Shown here piece after piece: positions 18,471 to 28,114 of a stretch of 64,000 nt of DNA. The stretch is from the NCBI GenBank assembly GCA_049688395.1, contig JBAVKQ010000093.1, forward strand, positions 2,775 to 66,774. Reading direction: 5' to 3'. The notes under the pieces were generated by a model. That model had not been told where the DNA came from. It was given only the letters and a program-made list of their open reading frames with translations, and did not search any database. A program made the position numbers and the translations under genes. Within the stretch, counting starts at the first letter, position 1. Every line of letters starts with the position of its first letter. The stretch is from Candidatus Nanopelagicales bacterium (GTDB lineage: Bacteria > Actinomycetota > Actinomycetes > S36-B12 > CAIYMF01).

Positions 18471-19886
18471 GTGACCGATCGCACGGAACACCCCGCGCCC
18501 GAGGACCCCGCCGCGCCCGGGTCGACATCGACCGCAGATCCCGCCCTCGAGGCACTTCCCGGCGCCGAGGCCGACGCCGTGGAACTCCTGCGCGACCTGA
18601 TCCGCATCGACACCACCAACGCCGGCCCGAGCCCCGACACGGTCGGCGAGATCGAGGCCGCCGAGTACGCCGAGGCCGCCCTGCGCGAGGCCGGCTACGA
18701 CCCGCAGCCCTTCCACACCACCTCCGCGCGCCGCGCCGGGCTCGTGATGCGCATCCCGGGCACCGAACCGGACGCCGCCCGGCGCGCGCTGCTGCTGCAC
18801 GGTCACCTCGACGTGGTCCCCGCCGCGGCCGCGGACTGGACGCACCCACCTTTCGCAGCCGAGATCGCCACCGACCCCGACTCCGGCCTGGACATGGTCT
18901 GGGGCCGCGGGGCGGTCGACATGAAGGACATGGTCGCGATGATCCTGGCGGTGGCCCGGCACTGGGGCCGCACCGGCACCCGACCCCGGCGCGACGTCGT
19001 CCTCCTGCTGCTGCCCGACGAGGAGGCCGGCGGGCTGCACGGCTCGCACTGGCTCGTCGAGCACCGCCCGGAGATCTTCACCGGCGTCACCGAGGCGGTC
19101 GGCGAGGTCGGCGGCTTCTCGATGACCATCCGCGACGACCTGCGCCTCTACCTGGTGCAGACCGCCGAGAAGGGCATCGGCTGGTTGCGCCTGACCGCCG
19201 CCGGCCGCGCCGGCCACGGCTCGATGCTCAACGACGACAACGCGGTGACCAACCTGTGCGCGGCCGTGACCAGGCTGGGCGAGCACCGCTTCCCGGTGCG
19301 GGTCACGCCCACGACCCGGGCCTTCGTCGCCGAGCTGTCCGACGCGCTGGGCGTGGACCTGGACCCCTACGACCTCGAGGGACTGCGACGAGTCCTCGGA
19401 CCTCTCGCGAGGATCGTCGGGGCCACCCTGAGCAACACGGTCAATCCGACCATGCTCGAGGCCGGGGCCAAGGTGAACGTGATCCCCGGCCAGGCCGTGG
19501 CCCACGTCGACGCCCGGTTCCTGCCCGGACTCGAGGACGAGATGCTCACCACCATCGACGACCTGCTCGGCGACCGGGTGACCCGCGAGTTCCTCGTGCG
19601 CGACATCGCCCTGGAGACCAGCTTCGACGGCCCGTCCATCGACGCGATGGGCGCAGCGCTGCGGGCCGAGGACCCCGGAGCCCGGCCCGTGCCCTACACG
19701 CTGTCCGGTGGGACCGATGCCAAGGCATTCTCGCTGCTGGGCATCCGTTGCTATGGGTTCGCCCCCCTGCGGCTGCCCCCGACCCTGGACTTCGGCGCAC
19801 TGTTCCACGGAGTCGACGAGCGGGTCCCGGTCGACGGGCTGCAGTTCGGCGTGCGGGTGCTGGACCGCTTCCTGCGCGCCTGCTGA
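18471..19886 (+). CDS. M20/M25/M40-family metallopeptidase (dipeptidase-like)
   Basis: LLLHGHLDVVPA, GRGAVDMKDM, DEEAGG, GGTDAK motifs. Confidence 0.85.
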   Translation: MTDRTEHPAPEDPAAPGSTSTADPALEALPGAEADAVELLRDLIRIDTTNAGPSPDTVGEIEAAEYAEAALREAGYDPQPFHTTSARRAGLVMRIPGTEPDAARRALLLHGHLDVVPAAAADWTHPPFAAEIATDPDSGLDMVWGRGAVDMKDMVAMILAVARHWGRTGTRPRRDVVLLLLPDEEAGGLHGSHWLVEHRPEIFTGVTEAVGEVGGFSMTIRDDLRLYLVQTAEKGIGWLRLTAAGRAGHGSMLNDDNAVTNLCAAVTRLGEHRFPVRVTPTTRAFVAELSDALGVDLDPYDLEGLRRVLGPLARIVGATLSNTVNPTMLEAGAKVNVIPGQAVAHVDARFLPGLEDEMLTTIDDLLGDRVTREFLVRDIALETSFDGPSIDAMGAALRAEDPGARPVPYTLSGGTDAKAFSLLGIRCYGFAPLRLPPTLDFGALFHGVDERVPVDGLQFGVRVLDRFLRAC

Positions 19887-19897
19887 GCCGCGCGAGC

Positions 19898-20842
19898 TCA
19901 GATCCCCGCGGACACCTCGTCGAGAGCCGCCCGGATCTCGACGGGCAGCACCAGGTCGTCCGAGCGCAGCGCCCCGCGCAACTGCGCCGCGGTGCGCGAC
20001 CCGAGCAGGACCGAGGCCACCCCTGACCGGTCGCGCACCCACGTGACCGCCACCTCGACGGGTGCCACGCCGAGCCCCTCGGCTGCGGTGCACACCGCGT
20101 CCACGATCCGCCGGTGCGCCAGGTCGAGGTACTCGCGCACGAAGCCGCCCAGGTGCGGGGATGCGCCGCGGGAGTCCGCCGGCGTGCCGTGCCGGTACTT
20201 GCCGGTCAGCACGCCGCGCCCGATCGGCGACCAGGCCAGGACCCCGGAGCCCACCGCGGCCGCGGCCGCCAACGCGTCGAGCTCCCCGTCGCGGGCCAGC
20301 AGCGAGTACTCCACCTCGTTGGCCACCAGCGCCAGGCCGTGCCGGTGCTGCGCGGTCGTGGCCGCCAGCGCCAACTGCCACGGCGCGAAGTTCGAGACCC
20401 CCACGTACCTGGCCCGCCCGGACTCCTGGGCGGCAGCCAGCGCGGAGAGCGTCTCCTCGATCGGGGTGACCCCGTCCCAGCCGTGCACCAGCCACAGGTC
20501 CACGTAGTCGGTGCCCAGCCGGGCCAGCGATCCGTCGAGCGCCCGTAGCAGGTGCCGGCGCGAGGTGTCGAAGCGCCGGTCCGGGGTCCGCCGGCCGCCG
20601 GCCTTCGTGGCGATCACGACCTCCTCGCGCACGCCGGCCTCGGACACCAGCGTCCCGAGCAGCTCCTCGGCCGCACCGGAGGCATACACGTCGGCGGTGT
20701 CGAACAGCGTTCCACCGGCTCCCAGGAACAGCTCGAACTGGTCGCGCGCCTCGTACTCGTCGGTGTCCCGGCCCCAGGTCATCGTCCCCAGACCGACGCG
20801 GCTGACGTGCAGACCGCTGCGTCCCACTGCCCTGCTCTCCAT
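19898..20842 (-). CDS. Aldo/keto reductase
   Basis: VSRVGLGTMTWG, FDTADVYASG, and a C-terminal region typical of AKR11/12 proteins. Confidence 0.85.
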   Translation of the reverse strand: MESRAVGRSGLHVSRVGLGTMTWGRDTDEYEARDQFELFLGAGGTLFDTADVYASGAAEELLGTLVSEAGVREEVVIATKAGGRRTPDRRFDTSRRHLLRALDGSLARLGTDYVDLWLVHGWDGVTPIEETLSALAAAQESGRARYVGVSNFAPWQLALAATTAQHRHGLALVANEVEYSLLARDGELDALAAAAAVGSGVLAWSPIGRGVLTGKYRHGTPADSRGASPHLGGFVREYLDLAHRRIVDAVCTAAEGLGVAPVEVAVTWVRDRSGVASVLLGSRTAAQLRGALRSDDLVLPVEIRAALDEVSAGI

Positions 20843-20958
20843 GGCGCGTCACGCTATCGGCTGCGCGGGCCCGCGACCGACAGCCACTAGGCTCGGCGCG
20901 GCGCCGGCTTCGGCGATCCGCCCGCGTGGCGAGGGCTTGGGTGCAGGAGGTAAGTGCG

Positions 20959-21828
20959 GTGCAGATGCTCGCGGTGATCCAGGACGCCGCCGCCACCCCG
21001 GAGCCGGTCACCTGGTTCCAAGCGGTGATCCTGGGAATCCTGCAGGGGCTGACCGAGTTCCTGCCCGTGTCCAGCAGCGCCCATCTGTTCGTGTTCTCGC
21101 AGTTCTTCGGATGGAGCGACCCCGGTGCGGCGTTCACCGCCGTGACCCAGATCGGCACCGAGACCGCCGTCCTGCTCTATTTCGCCAAGGACATCGCGCG
21201 GATCATCCGTGCCTGGCTGGGCCAGTTCACGCACCCGGAGGCGCGCAAGGACCCGGACGTGCGGATGGGCTGGCTGGTCATCGTCGGCACCCTGCCGATC
21301 GGCGTTCTGGGGTTCGTGTTCTCCGACCAGATCGAGACCGTGGCGCGCAACCTGTACCTGGTGGCATTCACCCTCATCGCCTTCGGCATCCTGCTGGGGA
21401 TCGCCGACCGGGTCGGTCGGCAGACCAAGGAGCTCGCGGACCTCTCGGTGCCCGACGGCCTGATCTACGGGCTGTGCCAGGCCCTGGCCCTGGTGCCGGG
21501 TGTCTCGCGATCGGGGGCCAGCATCACCGGCGGCCTGTTCCTGGGCTACACGCGAGAGGCGGCCACCAGGTACGCGTTCCTGTTGGCGATTCCCGCCGTG
21601 CTGGCCTCCGGGCTGTACCAGGCGCTGGATATCGGCAGCGACCCGGCCGTGTCCTGGGGCCCGACCATCCTGGCCACGCTGATCGCGTTCGTGATCGGGT
21701 ACGCGGTCATCGCCTGGCTGATCCGCTACGTGTCCACCAACTCCTACCTGCCGTTCGTGATCTACCGGATCGGACTGGGCGCCCTGGTGCTGGTCCTGCT
21801 CGGCACCGGCGTGCTCACCAGCGCCTGA
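20959..21828 (+). CDS. uppP: Undecaprenyl-diphosphate phosphatase
   Basis: GILQGLTEFLPVSSSAHL and PGVSRSGASITGGL motifs. GTG 20959 lies 8 nt after ggagg; the ORF is open from 20926. Confidence 0.9.
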   Translation: MQMLAVIQDAAATPEPVTWFQAVILGILQGLTEFLPVSSSAHLFVFSQFFGWSDPGAAFTAVTQIGTETAVLLYFAKDIARIIRAWLGQFTHPEARKDPDVRMGWLVIVGTLPIGVLGFVFSDQIETVARNLYLVAFTLIAFGILLGIADRVGRQTKELADLSVPDGLIYGLCQALALVPGVSRSGASITGGLFLGYTREAATRYAFLLAIPAVLASGLYQALDIGSDPAVSWGPTILATLIAFVIGYAVIAWLIRYVSTNSYLPFVIYRIGLGALVLVLLGTGVLTSA

Positions 21829-21844
21829 CCGGGCTCATCGGCGT

Positions 21845-22014
21845 GGTTCGCCGACTTGTGGTCGCAAGGGGACCAGTCGTCAGATAGGTCTTGCTGATTC
21901 GCGCTTCGCGTGGTCGAAAGACCCGAGCGCCCGGGCGTTCTTCCAACCACAACTCCGCGAACGCGCACCGAGCCGATCGATCCACGGCCCGGTTGGACCA
22001 GAACTCGGCGAACC
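21845..22014 (+). repeat. Composite four-box intergenic repeat, copy A
   Basis: Four ~20-28-nt boxes, two forward and two inverted. They match the reverse complement of 38594..38763 box by box (24/25, 26/28, 17/18 identities for the first three) with similar spacing. The spacers between boxes differ. Confidence 0.85.
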
Positions 22015-22052
22015 AGGTGCGGGCCGCACCGACCGAGCAGTCGGCCGCAGCC

Positions 22053-23066
22053 TCACAACCACTTGGAGCGTTTGAACGCCCGGAACATGACCACGAGGAT
22101 GCCGGCCATCACCAGCAGGACGGCCGGGTACCCGAACTGCCAGCTGAGCTCGGGCATGGTGGTGAAGTTCATGCCGTAGATGCCGGCGATCGCGGTGGGC
22201 ACCGCCAGAAGTGCTGCGTAGGCCGCCATCTTGCGCATGTCGGTGTTCTGCTGCAGCGACTGCCGGGAGTTCGACGCCTGCAGGATGGTCATGAGCAGGC
22301 TCTCGTAGGACTCGGCCGCGTCGTTGGCGCGCAGCAGGTGGTCGCCCAGGTCGTGGAAGTAGGTGCCCATCGCCTCCGGAACGCCGGGCATGCGCGCCTC
22401 TACGAGGCTCTGCGCGTGCGGGACCAGCGGGGAGATGGCCCGGCGCAGCTCCAGGTTCTCGCGCTTGAGCAGGTAGATCGTCTCGGAGTCGTCGGTGACG
22501 CGAGGGGAGAACACGTGCTCCTCGATGACGTCGAGGTCCTTGCCGATCTCGTCAGCGGCCACCAGGTAGCCATCGACGATCGCGTCGGTGATCGCATGCA
22601 GGGCAGCCATCGGGCCATGGTCGAGGAACTCCTGGCGGGCCACCGTGTCCCGGCGCACCTGCCCCAGCTGGCCGACCGGCCCCAGGCGCACCGTCAGCAC
22701 ATACGACTGCCCGACGAGCACCGCGATCTGCCCGGTCTCGATCGCCGAGGTCGGCTCGTCGTAGATGACGACCTTGAACACGATCAGCGCCCGACCGTGC
22801 GGGGAGATCTCCACCTTGGCCCGCTGCCGTGGGTTCAGCGCATCATCGACCCACAGTGCCGGGATGTCGAACACCTCGGCCAGCGCGGTCAGTTCCGGGC
22901 GTTCCGGGGAGGCCAGCGCGACCCAGATGAAGTCCGAGGGGTCGCCACCGGCCCGCCCGTACATCGCGCGCACCAGGAAGACCGCGTCGTCGGTCATCGT
23001 GCCCGCGGAGCGGACCAGCCGGGATTGCGCCTCATCGACCTCGACGCCGTGGCAGTAGCGTCCCAT
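22053..23066 (-). CDS. corA: CorA-family magnesium/cobalt transporter
   Basis: C-terminal YGMNF motif followed by two TM helices and KRSKWL. The start is ATG 23066, or alternatively ATG 22997. Confidence 0.88.
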   Translation of the reverse strand: MGRYCHGVEVDEAQSRLVRSAGTMTDDAVFLVRAMYGRAGGDPSDFIWVALASPERPELTALAEVFDIPALWVDDALNPRQRAKVEISPHGRALIVFKVVIYDEPTSAIETGQIAVLVGQSYVLTVRLGPVGQLGQVRRDTVARQEFLDHGPMAALHAITDAIVDGYLVAADEIGKDLDVIEEHVFSPRVTDDSETIYLLKRENLELRRAISPLVPHAQSLVEARMPGVPEAMGTYFHDLGDHLLRANDAAESYESLLMTILQASNSRQSLQQNTDMRKMAAYAALLAVPTAIAGIYGMNFTTMPELSWQFGYPAVLLVMAGILVVMFRAFKRSKWL

Positions 23067-23180
23067 TCCCACGATCACCGGGCCATGGTCGCACCGCGGG
23101 TGCGCACGTGTCCGGCTACCCTTCGTTCGATGTACCGGATGAAGCGATGACCCGGATGTCACGATGACCCCGATCACCCG

Positions 23181-23834
23181 ATGACCACTGTGCTGCTGGT
23201 CCGTCATGGTCGGACCCCGGCCAACGCCACGGGCATCCTGGCCGGCCGGGCGCCCGGGGTGCCCCTGGACGCCCACGGCCGCCGGCAGGCTCGCAGCCTG
23301 GGCAACCGACTGCGCGGCGTGCCGCTGGCCGCCGTGGTGCACTCCCCACTCGAGCGGTGCGTGCAGACCACCGACGGACTGCTGCGTGAGCGCACCGACG
23401 TGAACCGGCACGTCGACGACCGGCTGATCGAGTGCGACTACGGGCAGTGGACCGGCTGCGCCCTGGCCGAGCTGGCCGAGGAGCCGCTGTGGCCGGTCAT
23501 CCAGGCGCAGCCCTCGGCAGTGACGTTCCCCGGCGGGGAGTCCCTGCCGGCGATGGCCGAGCGTGCGGTCGCGGCGGTGCGCGGCTGGGTGGGCGCCTAC
23601 CCGGAGGCCACGATCGCGGTGGTCTCGCACGGGGACGTCGTCAAGGCGATCCTCTCCGAGGCGCTGGGCCAGCCCTTCGACGAGTTCCAGCGCATCGTGG
23701 TCGGCCCCGGCTCGCTGAGCATCGTCCAGTACGGCACGACCCGACCAATGGTGCTGCGGATGAACGACACCGGCCGCGGGCTGCCGGGGCACTCCGCCGC
23801 GGCCCGACCCACTGTCGGGGGCGGCAGCGGCTGA
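23181..23834 (+). CDS. Histidine-phosphatase (phosphoglycerate mutase) superfamily protein, MSMEG_4193-like
   Basis: LVRHGRT N-terminal catalytic motif and SHGD later. Positioned upstream of the DUF3090 / SCO1664 pair. Confidence 0.8.
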   Translation: MTTVLLVRHGRTPANATGILAGRAPGVPLDAHGRRQARSLGNRLRGVPLAAVVHSPLERCVQTTDGLLRERTDVNRHVDDRLIECDYGQWTGCALAELAEEPLWPVIQAQPSAVTFPGGESLPAMAERAVAAVRGWVGAYPEATIAVVSHGDVVKAILSEALGQPFDEFQRIVVGPGSLSIVQYGTTRPMVLRMNDTGRGLPGHSAAARPTVGGGSG

Positions 23835-23931
23835 CCAGGCGGACCACGGCTGCCGGCTGATCCGGCCCGATGCGCGCCAGTGTGCTCCGGACGTCCGGCA
23901 GATCGCTGGAACGCCGACTACGATTCTGCCC

Positions 23932-24477
23932 ATGCCGCGTCTGATCCACCTGCACGATCCTGTGGAGCGGTTCGTCGTGGGCACCGTCGGGATGCCCGGT
24001 GAGCGCACATTTTTCGTGCAGGCCCGCTCCGGTGGTCGCATCAACACGGCTGCCATGGAGAAGGAGCAGGTCTCGATGCTCGCCGATCGGCTCGAGGAGC
24101 TGGTCGCCAACGTCGCCACGCGCTTCGAGTTCGAGGTGCCCGAACCGGGCCCCACGGATGTGGACCCGTTGGAGGTCCCCCTGGTCGAGGAGTTCCGGGT
24201 GGCGGCCATCGCCTTCGGCTGGGATCCGGCCAATGACCAGATGCTCTTCGAACTGCACGGTCCCAGCGGGGACGAGGACATCGACCCCACCGAGATCGAC
24301 GACGCGGACGAGGGCCCGCCGATCCTGCGGGTGCGCAGCACCCTGAACCAGGCCGTGGACTTCGTCGTCCGGGCCCGCAAGGTCGTGGCTGCCGGGCGCC
24401 CGCCGTGCCCGTTCTGCCAGCAGCCGCTGGACCCGGCCGGGCACATCTGCCCGCGGGCCAACGGCTACCGGCGGTGA
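23932..24477 (+). CDS. DUF3090-family protein
   Basis: FVVGTVGMPGERTFFVQA... and a C-terminal CPFCQQPLDPAGHICPRANG zinc-ribbon-like end, as recalled for DUF3090. Confidence 0.7.
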   Translation: MPRLIHLHDPVERFVVGTVGMPGERTFFVQARSGGRINTAAMEKEQVSMLADRLEELVANVATRFEFEVPEPGPTDVDPLEVPLVEEFRVAAIAFGWDPANDQMLFELHGPSGDEDIDPTEIDDADEGPPILRVRSTLNQAVDFVVRARKVVAAGRPPCPFCQQPLDPAGHICPRANGYRR

Positions 24478-25316
24478 GGTTGCCGGAGCTCGCCACCGGC
24501 GACCTGCACGTGCTCGGCCGGCTGGCCGATGCCTCCAACCTCGCGCTGCTGGCGCAGGTGTCCACCGACGCCGGAGCGATCCGGTGCATCTACAAGCCGG
24601 TCCGGGGCGAGCGCCCGCTCTGGGACTTCCCGGACACGGCACTGGCCGCACGCGAGGTGCTCTGCGCCCAGGTGGCCGCCGGCCTGGGTTGGGACCTGAT
24701 CCCGGCGACGCACTGGCGTACCGACGGACCGCTGGGGCCGGGGATGTGCCAGGAGTGGATCGAGGCGGTGGACGATCCGCCGGTCGGATTGTTCGACCGG
24801 GACCAGGTGCCCGACCGGTGGCGACAGATCGCCGAGGGGCGCACCAGCGAGGGCGGGATCGTGGTCCTGGCCCACGAGGACTCGCCAGCGCTGCAACGCC
24901 TGGCCGTCCTCGACGCCCTGGTGAACAACGCCGACCGCAAGGGCGGGCACGTGCTGCGGCGGGCCGACGGCGGGCTGGCCGGGATCGACCACGGGGTGAG
25001 CTTCCACGTGGAGAACAAGTTGCGCACGGTGCTCTGGGGCTGGGCCGGCGAGCGGCTGCCCGACGCGTTGGCTGAGGAGCTCGACGCCGGGGCGACGTCG
25101 TTCCGCAGCCTGGTGACCCAATGGGGTGGCGCGACGGACGGTGGCGCGGCTGACGGGGGCGCGGCTGACGGGGCCGTCGCGGCCGCGGCAGGCCGGGGCC
25201 ACCTGTCCACCGACGAGGTGGCCGCAGCGCACGCACGACTCGACGAGCTGCTGCGCACCAGGAGGTTCCCGATGCCCGGGGCGCAGTGGCCCACCCTTCC
25301 CTGGCCCCCGATGTAG
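24474..25316 (+). CDS. SCO1664-family (PI3/4-kinase-like fold) protein
   Basis: GTG 24474 overlaps the upstream stop. Motifs: GRLADASNLALL...IYKPVRGERPLWDF and NNADRKGGHVL...IDHGVSF. Confidence 0.7.
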   Translation: MRLPELATGDLHVLGRLADASNLALLAQVSTDAGAIRCIYKPVRGERPLWDFPDTALAAREVLCAQVAAGLGWDLIPATHWRTDGPLGPGMCQEWIEAVDDPPVGLFDRDQVPDRWRQIAEGRTSEGGIVVLAHEDSPALQRLAVLDALVNNADRKGGHVLRRADGGLAGIDHGVSFHVENKLRTVLWGWAGERLPDALAEELDAGATSFRSLVTQWGGATDGGAADGGAADGAVAAAAGRGHLSTDEVAAAHARLDELLRTRRFPMPGAQWPTLPWPPM

Positions 25317-25340
25317 CACGGCCCACGGCGGGTGTCCGGG

Positions 25341-25916
25341 TCAGTCGAGGAGCCGGCCGGTGCGACCGTCGACCCGAACGTCGGCCGCCGCACGTGTCCC
25401 GTCGGCCGCGAAGTGGGCGGCCTCGTGGGCCTGCCAGGCCCGCCAGTGCTCGGCCATCGCGTCCCCGTCGCGAGCCAGCCCCCGTTGCAGGGCCAGATCC
25501 GCCGGTGCCTGCACCCACACGACCAGGCTGGCCCGCTCGCGCACCCGCGCCGACGCGCTCGCGCAGCCCTCGAGGATCACCACCGGAGCGGGCGGAACCG
25601 ACATCCACTGCCCGAACCGCCCGGCCACCCAGTCGTAGCGCGGATGCATGCCTGGCAGCCCGTCGCGCCACCCCACGAGCAGCCACGCCTCGATGCGGTC
25701 GGCCAGCGGATCGCCCAACTGCTGGCCCCAGCCCTCATAGAGGTCGTCCATGTGCACGACGGGCGCGCCTGCGCAGGCGCCGGCCAGTGCAGCAGCCATC
25801 GTCGTCTTGCCCGAGCCCGCTGGACCGTCGATGCAGACCAGTCGGGTCGCACCACAGCGGGGGTCCGCGGCCAGGGCTGCCTGCGCGATCACGGTCACGG
25901 CGTCGGCGATGGGCAC
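25341..25916 (-). CDS. P-loop NTPase, uridine-kinase-like
   Basis: Walker A IDGPAGSGKTT. The start is uncertain: GTG 25916 or 25979. The rest of the 717-aa ORF is an antisense shadow of the antiporter gene. Confidence 0.6.
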   Translation of the reverse strand: MPIADAVTVIAQAALAADPRCGATRLVCIDGPAGSGKTTMAAALAGACAGAPVVHMDDLYEGWGQQLGDPLADRIEAWLLVGWRDGLPGMHPRYDWVAGRFGQWMSVPPAPVVILEGCASASARVRERASLVVWVQAPADLALQRGLARDGDAMAEHWRAWQAHEAAHFAADGTRAAADVRVDGRTGRLLD

Positions 25917-26015
25917 GCACCCATCATGGCGGCCCGGCGGCTGCGACGGGGCCAGTGTCCTGGCCGCAGGATGCTCCACCCACCCTATCGACCGGTCGGT
26001 GCCTAGTATCCGAGC

Positions 26016-27284
26016 ATGTTCGGCGAAGCGATCACCGTGGTGACCGGCCTGGTGCTGGCCTACGCGCTGGTTGCCCACCGCCTGACCGCGGCCAACATCA
26101 GCGCCCCCATGCTCAGCCTCCTGGCCGGCGCCGCCGTGTTCGCGGGCACCGCGCTGGACGTCGACACCGAACTGGTGCACGTCACCGCTGAGGTGACGCT
26201 CGTGATGATCCTGTTCCACGACGCCTCCACAGTGATGCTCACCCGGCTGCGCCACGATGCCGGGCTGTCGCTGCGGCTGCTGCTGATCGGCTTCCCCCTG
26301 GCCATCGTCGCGACCTTCCTGGTGACCCACGCCCTGTTCCCCGCGCTGGGGATCGCCGGCGCCTGGCTGCTGGCCGCGGCGATCACCCCCACCGATGCCG
26401 GCCTCGGCGCCCCGACCGTGCTGAACCCGGTGGTGCCGATGCGCGTTCGTCGCGGGCTGAACGTGGAGAGCGGCCTCAACGACGGACTGGCCACCCCGAT
26501 CGTCCTGCTGGCCCTGTCCGCCCTGGCCAGCGGTGCCGGCGAGCAGACCCCCGGCGTGCTGCAGGTCGGCCTGATCCCGGTGGCGCTGGCCGTTGCCCTG
26601 GCGGTGGCGGTCGGCCTGGCTGCGGCCTGGAGCATGGATCGCTCTCGCGCGCGGCACCTGAGCGGGCGACGGGGTCGACAGGTCGCCACCTTCGCGATCC
26701 CGCTGCTCCTCTTCGGCCTCGCTGATCAGGTCGGGGCGAACGCGTTCATCGCGGCCTTCGTCGGCGGGGTCGTCTTCGGCGCCGCGAGCATCACCCTGGA
26801 CGACGAGCACGAGACCTCGGACCTGCTCGAGGTGTCGGCGGACCTGCTGAGCTTCGTCGTGTGGTTCCTCGCCGGTGGCATCCTGCTGCTGGTCCTGGAC
26901 GCCGGGTTCCGTTGGCAGTGGGCGATCCTGGCCGTTCTGGCCCTGACCGTCCTGCGCATCCTGCCGGTCGCCCTGAGCCTGATCGGCACCGGCCTGCGGG
27001 TGCCGACGGTGCTGTTCATCGGTTGGTTCGGGCCCCGTGGCCTGGCCACGATCGTCTTCGGTCTGCTCGCCGTGGAGGAGTTGGGCTCCGGTTCCGCGCT
27101 GATGACCGATGTGGGCGGCGTCATCGGCATCACGGTGGTGCTCAGCGCATTCGCCCATGGGATCAGTGCCGGGCCGCTGTCGGGCCGCTACGGGCGCTGG
27201 GCCGAGCGCACCGATCCCGTGGCCGAGGGCTCGAGCTCGGTCGAGCCCCGGCGCACACGCGGCACGATGCACCATCACCGGTAG
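26016..27284 (+). CDS. Cation:proton antiporter (CPA1 / NhaP-type Na+/H+ exchanger)
   Basis: About 11 predicted TM helices. Motifs: AAITPTDA, LNVESGLNDGLA, GWFGPRGLA. Confidence 0.85.
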   Translation: MFGEAITVVTGLVLAYALVAHRLTAANISAPMLSLLAGAAVFAGTALDVDTELVHVTAEVTLVMILFHDASTVMLTRLRHDAGLSLRLLLIGFPLAIVATFLVTHALFPALGIAGAWLLAAAITPTDAGLGAPTVLNPVVPMRVRRGLNVESGLNDGLATPIVLLALSALASGAGEQTPGVLQVGLIPVALAVALAVAVGLAAAWSMDRSRARHLSGRRGRQVATFAIPLLLFGLADQVGANAFIAAFVGGVVFGAASITLDDEHETSDLLEVSADLLSFVVWFLAGGILLLVLDAGFRWQWAILAVLALTVLRILPVALSLIGTGLRVPTVLFIGWFGPRGLATIVFGLLAVEELGSGSALMTDVGGVIGITVVLSAFAHGISAGPLSGRYGRWAERTDPVAEGSSSVEPRRTRGTMHHHR

Positions 27285-27321
27285 CGGCAGGTGCGCGCGC
27301 GTGGCCACCGACGAGGGCAGG

Positions 27322-28062
27322 ATGGGCCGCATGCAGACACCCACGGATCTCGCCGATCTCTGGCGCAGCGCGCCCACGGTGGCCGTGCTCACCGGGGCGG
27401 GCATCTCCACGGACTCCGGGATCGCGGACTTCCGTGGCCCCAACGGACTGTGGACCCGCAACCCCGGCGCGCAGGCCATGTTCGACATCACCACCTACCT
27501 GGCCGACCCCGAGGTACGGCGCACGGCCTGGGCCAACCGTCGGCAGAACGCCACCTGGTCGGCCGAACCGAACCGCGGGCACCATGCCCTGGCCGAACTC
27601 CAGCGCGCCAGGCGCCTGACCACGCTCATGACCCAGAACATCGACGGCCTGCACCAGCGATCCGGGGCCACCGACGTCCTCGAACTGCACGGCACCATCT
27701 GGCAGATCGTGTGCATGTCCTGCGGCATGCGCTGGCCGACCCCCGAGATCCTGGCCCGACCGGAGCCCGACCCGCCCTGCGTTCTGTGCGGAGGCATCCT
27801 CAAGACGGCGACGATCTCGTTCGGCCAGGCCCTGGACCGGGCAGTACTCGAGGCAGCGTTCGACGCGGCCGCCGAGGCTGACCTGCTGGTGGCCATCGGC
27901 ACGTCCCTGCAGGTCAACCCCGTCGCCGGCCTGGCCGGGGTCGCCGAATGCCTGGCGATCGTGAACGCCGAACCGACGCCCTACGACCACGACGCTCAGG
28001 TCGTGGTGCGCGCGCCGATCTCCGAGGTCCTGGATGAGGTCCACGGACTGCTCTCGGGCTGA
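27322..28062 (+). CDS. cobB: NAD-dependent protein deacylase, Sir2 family
   Basis: GAGISTDSGIADFRG, TQNIDGLH, HG, and a Zn ribbon CMSCG...CVLCGG. Confidence 0.85.
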   Translation: MGRMQTPTDLADLWRSAPTVAVLTGAGISTDSGIADFRGPNGLWTRNPGAQAMFDITTYLADPEVRRTAWANRRQNATWSAEPNRGHHALAELQRARRLTTLMTQNIDGLHQRSGATDVLELHGTIWQIVCMSCGMRWPTPEILARPEPDPPCVLCGGILKTATISFGQALDRAVLEAAFDAAAEADLLVAIGTSLQVNPVAGLAGVAECLAIVNAEPTPYDHDAQVVVRAPISEVLDEVHGLLSG

Positions 28063-28114
28063 GGACCCGCAGTCCGCCGACCCACAGCGGGCACGGGTGC
28101 GGCAGGATCGGGGC

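Noticed and set aside
21845-22014. Interpretation of the repeat boxes (CGACCACAA / CAACCACAA) as DnaA boxes, or of the box arrays as a CRISPR array
   Set aside because: The boxes differ from the actinobacterial TTGTCCACA consensus at the core, and no dnaA/dnaN/oriC context is present. They occur in both orientations, with only four per locus, and no cas genes are present, so the arrangement is not CRISPR-like.
27322-28062. Sir2-domain protein as a possible anti-phage defence effector
   Set aside because: It has full CobB-type architecture, with the GAGISTDSGIADFRG and QNIDGLH motifs and the CxxC...CxxC zinc ribbon. It has no associated partner gene (HerA, pAgo, TIR, etc.) and housekeeping neighbours. 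It is most simply a protein deacylase.
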